From the NCBI GenBank assembly GCA_964057225.1, contig OZ059899.1, positions 6,076,001-6,140,000 on the forward strand: 64,000 bases of DNA. The letters are read 5' to 3'. The notes under the pieces are model-generated. The model was not told where the DNA came from. It saw only the letters and a program-made list of their open reading frames with translations, and ran no database searches. Origin of the DNA: Auanema rhodensis. Taxonomy: Eukaryota; Animalia; Nematoda. The position numbers and the translations under genes were made by a program. Positions 43,801-56,400 of this stretch are shown piece after piece; positions within the stretch are counted from its first letter, which is position 1, and every line of letters starts with the position of its first letter.

Positions 43801-44464
43801 ATAACTTTTCTTCTTATAGAGCTGAGCTCCCTGCCAATCCTCCTCCTTATTTACCTACCGCTCCTCCTCCTTATGAAGATGATGGGCGGTATAACATCGA
43901 ACAAGAAAAGGTAATTTGGTTGTAGTGTGAAAATAATAAATATTTTTATTCCAGGATGATATGATTGATCCTGTATTATGCCTCATGAGTGAGGATCAAT
44001 GTGGAGAATGGACTACCGCACGCCCACGTAGCTTGGGATCCGGTGTAATTCTACTAGCCCAACAGTTAATGGGAGGTGGAGACAAAGTAGAACAGCCTTT
44101 AGTGTAAGTTTAATATAATCTAGTTTTGTTTACTATTACTTTTTATCTTTTTCAGTCTTGTTTCATCTCAAGCTGATGTGAGTTATCGAACTAGGCCGGA
44201 AGGCATTGGCTCATCACCCGACTCTTCTGATGTTTCATCGTTAGCTAGCTTACGAACATCTGAACCTGACGATGAAATGCTAAGTGGGATGATACGTAGT
44301 CATTCTACCCTTATTCAGGTTCGATCATTTTATTTATATTCCTAGTTTATAGTTTTTGTTTGCAGGAAATAGAATCATCCGTAGATAGATTAGGCCATAT
44401 GTTACGTCGAAGTGTCAGTGATGTTGATCAGGAGAGTGGAGTTGAAAGCTCTTCTGGTCTCTAA
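40898..44464 (+). CDS. SH3BP5: SH3BP5 family Rab11 GEF (REI-1/REI-2/Parcas-like); about 11 exons
   Basis: Canonical SH3BP5 motifs across phase-compatible exons: VHEELEKLNIATDVINKLEVQLDGARALFR, AIAKARPYYE, RFERATS, VLNHHIQRVSEAE, SIKKSRTYF, YTTSLRNLERISDSIHEQR. Confidence 0.92.
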
Positions 44465-45471
44465 TTTGGTATATATATATATATATGGTGCTATCACCTG
44501 AATCACAGATGTTGTTAATTAACCAAGTTCTTCTCTGAGTTATAATGACCTAAGTAGTTTTGGTGATTCTGAATCTCCTCTTCGTTGTATATATATATAT
44601 GTTTGATTATTGTTGTTTTGATTATATTTTGTAGGCTGTTTGGTCCCTGCGGGTCATTTACGATTATATAGTCGTTATTTAATTTCTATTCATCGACGTA
44701 TTCTTTTCAATTTGACAAAATTGACATCAATTTTCTTGCCGTTAAAATTATTCTAACAGCCGAGATTCTCTAACTCCTAGGTTGCTCATCCAATCTTGCT
44801 CTGTTCGTTTTTCAACGACTTTATTTAGTCCTATACAACATCGCCAATGTTGCCTCATATTATAGTTCTATTACTTTGAATATAAAATTTCTCAAATTAT
44901 CTAAGTTTTTTTTTATGAAAATAGTTTTATACACTTATATACTCAATCAATATAATTACAAACACAATACAAGAATGGCAAAACAGATTTCAGATATGTG
45001 TTTTCACATTTATAGACTATTCAACAGTTTTAAACCGATGAACGATGAATATTTTTTAAGATATACAAATGTTTCAAAATATTAGTACAAATGCCATAAG
45101 TTTCATATAAGAACAATCATATTATTTACATGTTAGCAACGATAGTTATTATAATTAACGTCAATGAAAACTGCAGCATCGTTGCTTAGGTTGCAAATCA
45201 GACTCTTACTTTACATTCCAACAAGAAGCTTCTTCACAATTTTTCAGAAAAGTTTGTTAATTCATGAGAATCTTTTGACAGACACTAGACATGCGCTAGC
45301 ACCGCGCTAACGCAAGCAATTTCATAGCTAATATATGCTCTTCTTGTAATGTTAACTTTATTATATTATTTTTTTATATTTAACTTTAAAATATTAATTA
45401 TATAACGTATACGGGATATATACATTTTCTCTTACTATTACTCAAGCTGTTATTGATGTTGTTTTTTGCAG

Positions 45472-46154
45472 ATGCTGAATACTGCCTTTAAGCAGGGGTT
45501 ATCAACTTTTCGGCCAACAGCATTAAATGTTTCTGTTCGTGGAATAGCTAATATTCCTCACTATGAACGACACATTAGGTTTGATCCGAAAGAAGGACGA
45601 AAACGTCCAGCTCAAGATGTTTTGGATAGGTGGGATAACTCTGTAAATTCATAAATATTAGTGTATATAGATTCAAGCGCTTGAACAACGGTATGTGGAT
45701 TCGTTCTCATCCTGGAAAGAATAAATTACGTTACATGAAAGATGAAACTTGGCAAACTACTAGTTTGTATACTGAAACATGCACTAAAGTCAGTTTTTTT
45801 AAATGTTTGATTAACTCTAATCTTCTTCGTACAAGTAAAATCCTAATTATTTATGTATTCTTTTAAAGGAACAATGCGAAATGTTGGATAAGATGATGAC
45901 TCCCTTCTGGCTAAGACCTAAACATTATGCTAATGATCCATATAAGGTGAATTCAGAAATAATATCACTCTTCTAAAACTATTTTACAGGCATACCACGT
46001 TCGTCATGGAATCAGTTCTCCTCGCGTAGATGATAAAGGAAATTTAGTTAGAGAAAGGAAGAAGGTTGGCTATACTAGAATAGAAGTTTTAATTTTTTTT
46101 TTATAGATTTTATTAGATGATACTACATCAGATAAGTATTTCCGTGACAGGTGA
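45472..46154 (+). CDS. mrpl-35: Mitochondrial ribosomal protein L35 (bL35m); 5 exons
   Basis: Transit-peptide-like N-terminus, then [16 protein letters not shown]...[34 protein letters not shown], which matches the MRPL35 pattern. Confidence 0.9.
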
Positions 46155-46257
46155 TTCATTGTTTTCTTTGTTATTGTTTTTTGTTGTCTAGTTCATGTAG
46201 CAATAGTTTTATTTCAATTCTTATAATACATAAATACATTTGAAAAAGATCTGTGCT

Positions 46258-48905
46258 TCAGTTTTTTTCATTTCTTATAGCATATTGTGTTCGGTTAACC
46301 TTTTCTCTTTCTTTCTTAGTCATAAAAAGTTTTTCCACTTCATCAATAGAATATCCTTTAGTTTCAGGTAAAAAGAAAAACACAAATATTAGAGCTATCA
46401 ATGAAAAGCCTCCGTACAAGAAGAAAGTGCCTAAAATTGAATTTATGATAATTTTTATCTAGCTTAAGTCTAACCATATTTGGTAATTGATTTACTCAGA
46501 GTAAGGAATGTCAGTGAAACTATTAGATTGAATGTCCAATTGGATGCTGTAGAGATTGACACGCAAATACTGCGAGCCCACAATGGATAGAATTCAGCAT
46601 TTACAACCCAAGGGAGCGGTGCATATCCTGGTAAAATTCAATATTGAATATTGTGGGTTTAAAATCTTTAAAGAAACCTATTGCAAAAGATAGCAGATAA
46701 AGAACCATAATAACAATCGGTAGAGCTGTGTACTTTGTAGGACAAAAATTATCTTCCCATTCATATGTGCCTGGAATTCAACAGTTCAATCTATATCATC
46801 AAGCATTCTTACTAGAAAATGATTTTGGATCACTGCATTGGCCAGTTGCTGATTGAATATCTGTGTTATCTTTGCCAAATGGTAAGCAATATCCTATATA
46901 AAATATGAAATAAAGTTAAGTTTTCAAAGAATTTACCAATTTTTTGCCCTTTAACCTGACAGAATCCACAATTATCATTGGTGACGCACGAATCACAATT
47001 TCTATATATGAATATCTATTAAATTCAGAATATTTGTGTTCTTTACCCATAATTTCTACAAGCATCTGCATACGGTACATTTTCAACAGTATAATTTGAA
47101 GATGGGAATGCGACAGGAGAATCCTTAAATTAAAAGTTTTAATATTTTTCTTGGGGTAATTTGAATTCTACTTTACTGATCAGAAGGAAAGCTACTCCCA
47201 TAGCACAAACAGTGATAATTACACAAGTTATAGATACTAGGAAAAGTATTCTTCTACCAACTTTTTCAATAAAAGCCATTGGAATAAATGTTCCAATGAA
47301 ATTTACAGCTTAAAGTACTTCAAGTTATTGACGTGATTTTTAATTTCAGTACCAGATGTTCCTACCGATATCCAAATAGTTGTATGATTGTTCTTAACTC
47401 CTGCAGAACGAATTATATTTGCTGTATAATACCTATAAAATTGATTAAATGACAGCTTCTAAGTTTTCATTGACGTACATAACCGTATTGATACCACAAA
47501 GTTGTTGGAAAATTTGTATAACACTTCCAATTATCAATGCTTTGCGTACATGGGGTGTTTTTATAATTCTGAGAAGCACAGAACCACTTTCAGTACTCTC
47601 AGATTTTTGTTGTTGTTCATAACTTTCACGAATTTCAGCCATCTCATACTCAACCCATTCCTGATTTCCGCCATAAATTTTTTTCAGAGTCTGTAATGAG
47701 ATAATGGATCATGTTTGATTGATATCTTATCATTTGCTACGAACTTCAATAGTCATACACGTGCCATATACGCTTAACACGCTATACCCATAAGTTTCAA
47801 AATATCTTTTCTTAATTTTTAAAAAGCAAAAAATAAACCTCTTCAGCTTCATCTTGTCGGTTATGTTCAAACAGCCAACGTGGACTCTCCGGAAGGAACA
47901 TAAAGCAAACGAATTGAATTAATGCTGGTATGCCAGCAAAAGCAAACATAAGCCTAATATTATGTAAGAAATGTTTAACAATTTCATAAAATTTGGATAA
48001 TACCTCCAACCAATATTATCAACATAACTGAAAGCTGCACCAATAATATTAGAAACAACCAAGCCAATCGTCACCATCAATTGAAAACTTGTGACCAATC
48101 GACCTCGAATATTGGATGGAGATGCTTCACCAACATATACAGGTACAATCATTGAAGCAAATCCTTTGATAAAGCCATAACATTCAAACTATGTGTTGGT
48201 CATACCAAGAGCTATTCCAAGTAATATCCGCCCAATAAGCAAGACTACTTTAGTCCATGCAGCAGCACATACAATAGCTCCAGCAGTAAATATGATACTA
48301 GCTGCTATAATAATTTTCTTTCTACCAAAGTAATCTGAACTTATTCCACTAAGTAAAGATCCTATCACAGCAAAACCTGAAATATGATTTTATATTTATT
48401 ATCATTTAATATTAAAGATTTTAAAATGAATTGTTATCCAAGAATATTAGGGGGGCGGAGGATTTCTTTCAATTTAATCTCACATATAATAGCGGATATA
48501 TGATTTTATTTAGAATAATAAAAAAATAATGATAAATATAGTTTTATATACCTGGTGTTATACTAACTATTAGTTCTTGCCATTCAGAACTCATAGGTTT
48601 CATGCCTTTATCTTCTGGAACATATAACATAGCTGCAGATACAATACCAGTATCATATCCGAATAGAAATCCTCCTTAATATGTTTCAAGTTTTTCAACT
48701 AATGAAATTTAATTTTTGAACCTATAACTGCAGCAAATGATAATAAATAGACAAACCATCCGATAGATGGAGTACTAGTTGGTTTTTCAATACCACTAGA
48801 ACTAGCAGATACCTAGAGAAATAATTGTATAAATAAATAAACGTTAATTATTTGAAATATATAATTAGAATTTTAAGAAATACCTACAATATTAACTTGA
48901 ACCAT
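46258..48905 (-). CDS. hmit-1: Proton/myo-inositol cotransporter (SLC2A13/HMIT, MFS sugar porter)
   Basis: Motifs [55 protein letters not shown], a Cys-rich HMIT-type loop ([13 protein letters not shown]), [10 protein letters not shown] and LPETKG. Confidence 0.93.
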
Positions 48906-50103
48906 ATTTCATGTAGTAATAGGTTAACACTGAAAATACCAAAAATAAGTTTGAAAATATAAACTTTTTAAAAAAGATTAATGTGAAAACATCGTTCTTA
49001 TTATATTTATTTATAATATTTGAATGAGAATGTGGTATAAAATCGTCATGAGTCTACAAAAGTGCAACTAAGCAACTACTCACTGTACAAACCGTTCAAA
49101 CGAAATATTTGTAACAAAATATTTTAAGAATTTACAAGAGGGAAAAAATATTCATAATTAACGAAAAGAGCTAGAATATGTTTTCGAAAACTAAACATCA
49201 GATCAAATGTTGGGACATTTTGATTTTGAACCTGTACATATTGTCGCCACATTGCTTGGAAGATAAGGACAATGTTTCCGACTATATGGACTTGAAATTC
49301 AGCAATTTGAATAGATCACAAAGTAAATGAAAAATATAATAATTCGTACAGTTTGTAGAAGAAGTTCATTCTATTGAATTGGAAAACAATCTAAATTTTA
49401 GAAAACTAAATGTTATATCAAACAAACAAAACAATAAAATTTGAAAAAAAATGTTCAATCTGTTTGAAGTTGATTTGGGTCAGGTAGATTATATAAAACT
49501 ATATGAGGTACATAGGGATATTAACCACATATTTTCCAAATAACACCTCAATGATTTCACACAGTAGCTCTAGTTGATTAAGCTTATAATAATTGAACGA
49601 CCATAGTGATTCTTATTATCTTATCATTTATTTAGTATTAAATAGTTTGTTCTAATCTCACTTTACTATATATATAGTATATAGTATATAAATTAATATT
49701 ATATATATATAAACAAATAATATAATTATATATTTATAAAATATTAATATTAATTTATATTTTTATTCTTATATTTTTTAAATTTACAATCATTTTTTAA
49801 AGCATTAAATTTTAAAAAGAAATAATTCATTTTCCTTAAAAAATTTAACGAAGTAATAAAGAAAAAATTAAATTGCATAAAAAAGAATATAATTTGTTAT
49901 CTGGTGATATTAGCATTTCAAACTAGACAATATAATAAAAATATTATTATAATGATATTAAAGACTTATATCTTTTTCATGTTCAGAGATCAAATTCTTT
50001 TTTTTTCTGGCTTAAACTGAGTGGTTAGATAGCTTTGTAAGAATTATGAACCTAAAGAAATTGCCTGAGTGAGAGCCTGAAATGAATTTGATCACTTTCA
50101 GTT

Positions 50104-50106
<3 letters not shown>

Positions 50107-50156
<50 letters not shown>
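50107..50156. repeat. (CT)n microsatellite, about 25 units
   Basis: Read directly from the sequence. Confidence 0.97.
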
Positions 50157-50160
<4 letters not shown>

Positions 50161-50594
50161 TTCTCTCCTTTTTTTCAGTTTCCCTGATGCTCGACAAGTA
50201 GATTCAAGTACAACTTAAGATCGACACATTACCCATCTTGAATATTTAATAAACTAGAAAGGATCGTATATATTTCTTCATATTTATAAATAAATTGTAA
50301 ATATATATTATTTATGTAAAATATATTTATAATTATATGTGTATATATTAAATAATATTATTAAAGTTTTTTATGTGAATTAACTAGATAAATAAAGTGA
50401 ATGATCTTTGTAGTATAAATGAAATCAATACAATCAATGTATACAAAAACACAAAAATATAATAGAAATATAAATTTCAAATGAAAATTATTCGTTTTTT
50501 TGACAACAAGTAACACTTTTTTTGGAGTTTCTTTCGTATAACAAGCTTCTGAATATGGAGAAATCAGGAGCAGATAAATTATCTCCAGCAGTTT

Positions 50595-50881
50595 ATGGAA
50601 ACAGTAAGACATTCACCGATGTACTTTTTCAATCAAATATTTTTTTTGTAATTCAATGATTATTTAGAAAATTAAAATTCCTTTAAGATCGAATTTTTTT
50701 AACAAAGAAGGAACATTCTTATCCAATGATCTTGAGGTAAAACTTTTCTTAAATTTTGCATAATTTTTGACTCAAATTGATTGTTTCAGGTAAGCAGATT
50801 CAATGGAATATTTTGGAAAAAACCAACTACTCGCACTTGTGTACTATTAAGAAGTGGTAAATTTTATATATATAGGTTAGT

Positions 50882-50912
<31 letters not shown>

Positions 50913-52129
50913 TTATAATTAATAATAATCATAGTGATATTGACCGTGGCCTGTCTATTAACTTGGCGGAACTTCGTGAGGTCAGGCAACAATATTCAGA
51001 AAAAGAAACAAAAGAAGGAGCAGTAAGTTTTTTATAACTTTATTTATTAAATTAATAAAACAATATATATATAAGATTAAAGCATCGTGTGAATTTCTGC
51101 TATTAAAGAACAACAATCGTTTAAAAGTTTATGTAAAAGGTTAGTTGTGTCTGACTTTTTGAAAAAATTATTAATAATTGTCTAAGGTGACAAATCGTTC
51201 GTAACTTCTTGGCGGTGTGGTCTAGTTACAGCCCATAATGGTCTGGAGCTTCCATATGCGGAAGAGACAGACGAATTCACATGGTGTTCGTTTAGATTCC
51301 ATCCTTGATTTTCTTATAATTTTATTTTTTCATTTTCAAATTTAAATTATTATTTTCAGCTCAAAAAATTGTTGATCCTTTAACAACCTCATACGATACA
51401 TTTGTAAATTCAATGGCTGACAGAGCACTCAAGTCAAATACATCAATGCCTTCATTAGCTTTAGCATATCAAACTCTTCCTAATACGAAATACAGTGAAA
51501 TGTAAGTTACTTTATATTAATTTATTTTAATATTTAATTATTATTTAGAACAACATTAATGAGAAAAACAAATAGTTTATGCTTTGATCGTAGTGATAGA
51601 TCAGTTCCATCATTTTTAGTAAAAAATGAAACACCTAGGTATATCTTATTATATAATTATATTTTATATTTTATAAATTTTGTTTTAGTTCTTTTGAATC
51701 TGATGATGGTGGAGTAAGTATGGAAAGAGAACCTGTAGAACATCATGAATGGAAAAGCGTCATAGAAGAAAATGATTTAGATTCTGGAGTTGATTCACAT
51801 TATGGAAAGGTAAAATATAATTTATTATAAAAATTTTTATTTTTTTATAAACTTTCAACTTTCAACCTTTAATATTTTTTTTTCAGTTTAGTGACACATG
51901 TGATGAAACTAGCTCAGATTTTTCTGAAAGTATTTCTAGTGTATCTAGTGAGGTATGTTCATTTGATTTTTAATTTAATTTTTTAAACTTAAAGCTTTTT
52001 CAGAATTGGAAAGATCGTAGTCGATTTACCGGTTTACCCATGTTATGTGCTCATAAATTGAATATTGAAAGAGCCGTAAGGATACCAGAATATAAATATG
52101 AATATCAGTGCTTATTACATGACTTTTAA
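50595..52129 (+). CDS. Uncharacterised protein: probable N-terminal PH-like domain and acidic/Ser-rich tail; about 11 exons
   Basis: Phase-compatible exons: MET/KIKIPLRSNFF.., FWKKPTTRTCVLLRSGKFYIYSDIDRGLSINLAEL, FVTSWRCGL (PH-type terminal helix Trp). TAA at 52127-52129, followed by AATAAA. Confidence 0.7.
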
Positions 52130-52573
52130 AATATTTTCATTAGCTTGTTAGTTTCAAAGAGAATTTTGTATTAAAATACTTTTTTATTATATATAATAAA
52201 GGTATAAGATACAATAAATGGTTTTAAGCACTATTTTTCATAAGATAATAACCTGTAATGTGTGACTTCAAGAATATCTGCTCTGGGTTGTTTTTAGATT
52301 TTATGAGCAGAAAAAAAAGAAAACAATAACTATACAATAAACATAAAAATCATATTTCTTTGAAAAAAAAATAGCAAAAACATTTCGAATAGGTTTAAAT
52401 GGTTTAAGTGTTTCTGTTTGGAGATTCTGATGTATTTTATTTAGGCAAATATACTATTATTATAGAGGGAGGAGGAGGAGAAGGAGGGGAGGTCTAGACT
52501 ATATATATATTACCCGAAGCACTGGAACAGGGTCTGATAAAACTCATTTTCTTCAAATTTGCAGCAGCAGACT

Positions 52574-53418
52574 TTAGACATCTGCTCGGACACAAGATTT
52601 CATTTGCTTCTTTTTTGTTGTCGGACTCAACGAAACTATGGATGATGCTGATGAATTTCCTTTTCCAGAATCTCGGCAATCTTGGGACAAGTCTAATCCA
52701 GGTTCCGGGCTCTTAGTTCGTACTGATACTATACAGTCATCCAAATGTGATTGTAGTAGATCACATACTCGTAGCGAATCACACAACATGGAATCATAAA
52801 CCTTTAAAATAAATATTTTATATTTTAAATATAATATTAGTTTAAACCTCTTTTTCGAATAAACAATTATTCATACTTTTGTCTTCTTTTTTAAGAATTT
52901 TGGCATGTTTTGGAATACTTCTTAAAATTAGAAAAGATTAGTTAAGTCTTGAAAGTTAAGTCCTATACCGAGCAACCATTGGCTTATCAGCTGCGATTGT
53001 TTCTAATGCTTCAACTAACGCAGTAGGATCGCAAGATTCTAAGTCATCTAGTGATTGAGACTGAAAATGGAGTATTTATTTGATTTTAACAATCGAATTG
53101 CTCTTATATCAATCATACCTTAGTACCCCAGAATGACTTTTCTCTTCCTTTCTTCTTCCGATGAATATTAGCTGGTAATGTTTTGGAATCTGGTATCTTT
53201 TTCGGCTTCGATTTGATTGCAGTTGTTGGCTTCGTCTTCAAAAAAACTTTGATGAGTTGGAGTTGAAGATAATTTATGAGAAGATTAATCTAACGAACCT
53301 GTGCTGTTGATGGTTCTAGGAGAGATTTGATGTCATCAGATGTTTTTGTGCCATTTATTCGTTTTTTTCGATGAAAAAGAGAAAGAAATGGAGAGCTTTT
53401 GCCCTCAGTTGAAGTCAT
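52574..53418 (-). CDS. Uncharacterised protein; 5 exons, may have further upstream exons
   Basis: In-frame exons with canonical splice sites: MTSTEGKSSPFLSLFHRKKR / TKPTTAIK.. / SQSLDDLESCDPTALVEAL.. / ..CLFEKE / VYDSMLCDSLRVCDLLQSHLDDCI..RADV*. Confidence 0.75.
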
Positions 53419-56400
53419 GATCAACCTGAACATTGAAATTAAATTATTATAAATATAAAATCATATAGTATAAAATTATTTAAGAAATTTAAGAAAATAA
53501 AAATAAAAATCAAGAAAAATGGATAATTGAAATGAAAAAAAGAAAAGAAATATAGTGATTGTAGTAAAGTCAATATACAAACATATCTTATATTAAATAT
53601 ACATCTATGTATGTGTATGTATAATAAGAAGAGAGAGGTCATCAGAAGATGTATAACAAAAGAAAAAAAAGCCAACTAAAGTCAATATAAATATTTTTAA
53701 AGAATTAAAAAAATAAAAATTAAGATGTAGTCTATTTTCAAAATGAAAATCTTCTTTCGTAACTAGATTTAATTTAATTAAATATTAAATAAATAAGATT
53801 GAAAATAGACATTTCTATTGAACAAAGTTTAAAGAGGAAGAATGAAGCAGAAGCCAGCATGTACTCTACTTGCTTTTTGCTTTTAAGGGTAAAAGATAGA
53901 ATAAGATTACTTTTTTTTCTGTAAACTACATGCTTAGATTGAAAGACAAGATGAAAAGAAACGTAAACGTCTATTTAATAAAAACTTTGAGTAAAGATTT
54001 TTTGAAAATGGATGGAGAATAAAGGGGATTAAAGAAGAAGAGAAGGAAAAAACTAACAAAGAATATACAATTAAGTATGGTAAATGAACAAAATATGAAA
54101 GTTAAGATATAGAGTTGAGAAGTTAGAGCCACATGTATAGGTACAAACAATGAGAAAGTGTTGAGTCAACATGGTATTATGGATAGATTAGAAGTCGAGG
54201 GCAGGAGATCAACACAGTTCCAATGATAAATAGACCGGAAGAAGAAAGAAGCTTTCATGTAAGCCGAAAAAACTATTGAAAAACTCTTGTTTCCAGACAT
54301 GTTAACATAACAATGTAAGACAAGGAGGAAAGACAATGCAACAGCTAAAAAAAAATTTATCTTAACAACTGTAAAAAAATTGAAATTTTGAGATAGGAAG
54401 AATGTATGAGAATACACAATGTTAGAACTTAAGAATAGCATAGGCATCTGATAGACTCGTAAGATGAAACCATCGTAGAGGTGAGAGTTAGCAACGGAAG
54501 GCTTAGAAATGGATGTCACATCGCCATCTGAAAGAGCTTTTCAGCTGCTCATGCTTCTTTTTGTTCACGGAGTCGTCGCTGTTCGTTGACTCTGTTTGAG
54601 TTTCTCATTGTATTTGTACAGTCTAAGTATGAGAGAAACGAATGAAAGACATGAGGATGAAGTAACTTTTCTAGATCTTGTGGCTTGAACACAACTCATT
54701 TCACAACATTTTTCGATTTACAAAGAGAATTATATCCCAAAAAAAGCATAAAACATGTCACACATCTTGATGATTTAGCTTGATTAGCATAAGAAAACAG
54801 AATTGTAGTTAGCAATAATAGGTTTGTCCATTTTCAGGGACGACGGAATAGGGCTATAAGTTGCGAACTTGGTTTACGCAATGGCATCGTTTGCTTTTCG
54901 TCAATAAAATTATATGAGCCATTTCGGGACAAGACAACGTGCTGAGTTGACGAAAAAATCGGAAAAACCATCCGCAAAGTTAAATTCGCAAAGCTGTGTG
55001 TCATCTCCCGAGGGCATCATTCTATATGTGAACTCAATTCTTATTCTACCAAAAACATTGGAATAATAACAAAGTTTTGCAGAACTATACGATATTTTTG
55101 TTATAGTTAAGACATTATGAATGAATAGTTAGTAGTATTGAATTGCAAAAAGTTGTAGAATATAACATGTAAACGATTTTTCAACGTATAGAGAAGGTAA
55201 ATAACATATTTGGATTTAGCTGAAAGATTTTTATGTTTATGAATCATCAACAACAACTGAACACATTCATTCTAAGCATATCTAGATAGGTAGGCAGCTA
55301 GATCGTTGGCCTATTGTATGACTTCCTTTCTGGGATCAGAGAGGGCGAAATTTCAAAAAAACTTTACGCATGATCGCCTTCGGTGAGAAGCGATTACAGG
55401 GCAAGCGAACGATGAAGAAGAATCTAGAAGTAAGATGACGACAATCATTACTATGGTCATCACGATGTAACCTCAACTGAAAATGGTGTAACAACGAATA
55501 ACAGTTCAAAAAAATGAGATTTCTGTTTGGTCATTATTTCACTGAATAGGTTAAAACGAAAATAATCAAAAGATCAGACTATCATTTATTGATAGCTAAA
55601 CAAACATTAATGGCCCTAGAAGGCATTTTGATGTATTTTTGATAGTTTAATGTAAATTCATCATAACCATAACAATGAGAAAATGAAATTTGTTTTAAAG
55701 TAATATTCGCTTTAAGGCAATAAGACGACAAGACAAAGTTGATCGAAGTGTTAGAAATATCATTTTAACGTTTCAAAGTCCATGTAAGGGTTATACTTAG
55801 ATATTCATGTGTGACTTTCAAGCTTCCATCATACTGAGGAAATGCATTGTCATGTGGACCAGAAGAACTAGCCGACAAAGCAATCGCGTGTGGATGAAGA
55901 GTATCTGTCGCTACTAATTTAGTTTGGTTTTCAAAAAGATGGAGCAAAACGATCATCAGTTAGTTAAATATGTATACAATAAATGGTTAAAATAGTAAAT
56001 ATTTTGAAGAAGAAAAAAATATATGTCTATAATGATTGTACTATAGTATTTTTGAAGTATTTTCAATAATTTCGAAATAAAATTTGAAAGTTTAGTTACA
56101 TAGAATAAAAAGATTTGCTCCATAGATATAGAAGAAAACATTTAGAAATAGAAATTCGTAGAAGATTTTCTTTTTCTTTCTTTTTTTTTGAAAAAAAAAC
56201 ATAAACTCATACATGTATATACATGTATTCATAGATTGAATAGACATAAAACTAAGATACAAACGATTTGATTGTAAGGTTATAAGATATTTTACAAAAA
56301 AATAAAATAAAAATATTATATGAATCATTGTATTTAATCTGTTTTTATATTATTTTAAATAATATTTATGTAAGAACAGAAAACTATGTTATGGTGTTTT

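Noticed and set aside
50012-50197. ER-repeat ORF
   Set aside because: It is the translation of the (CT)n microsatellite.
54643-54665. TGAAAGACATG match to the miR-71 5' end
   Set aside because: The 3' half diverges and no complementary arm is visible.
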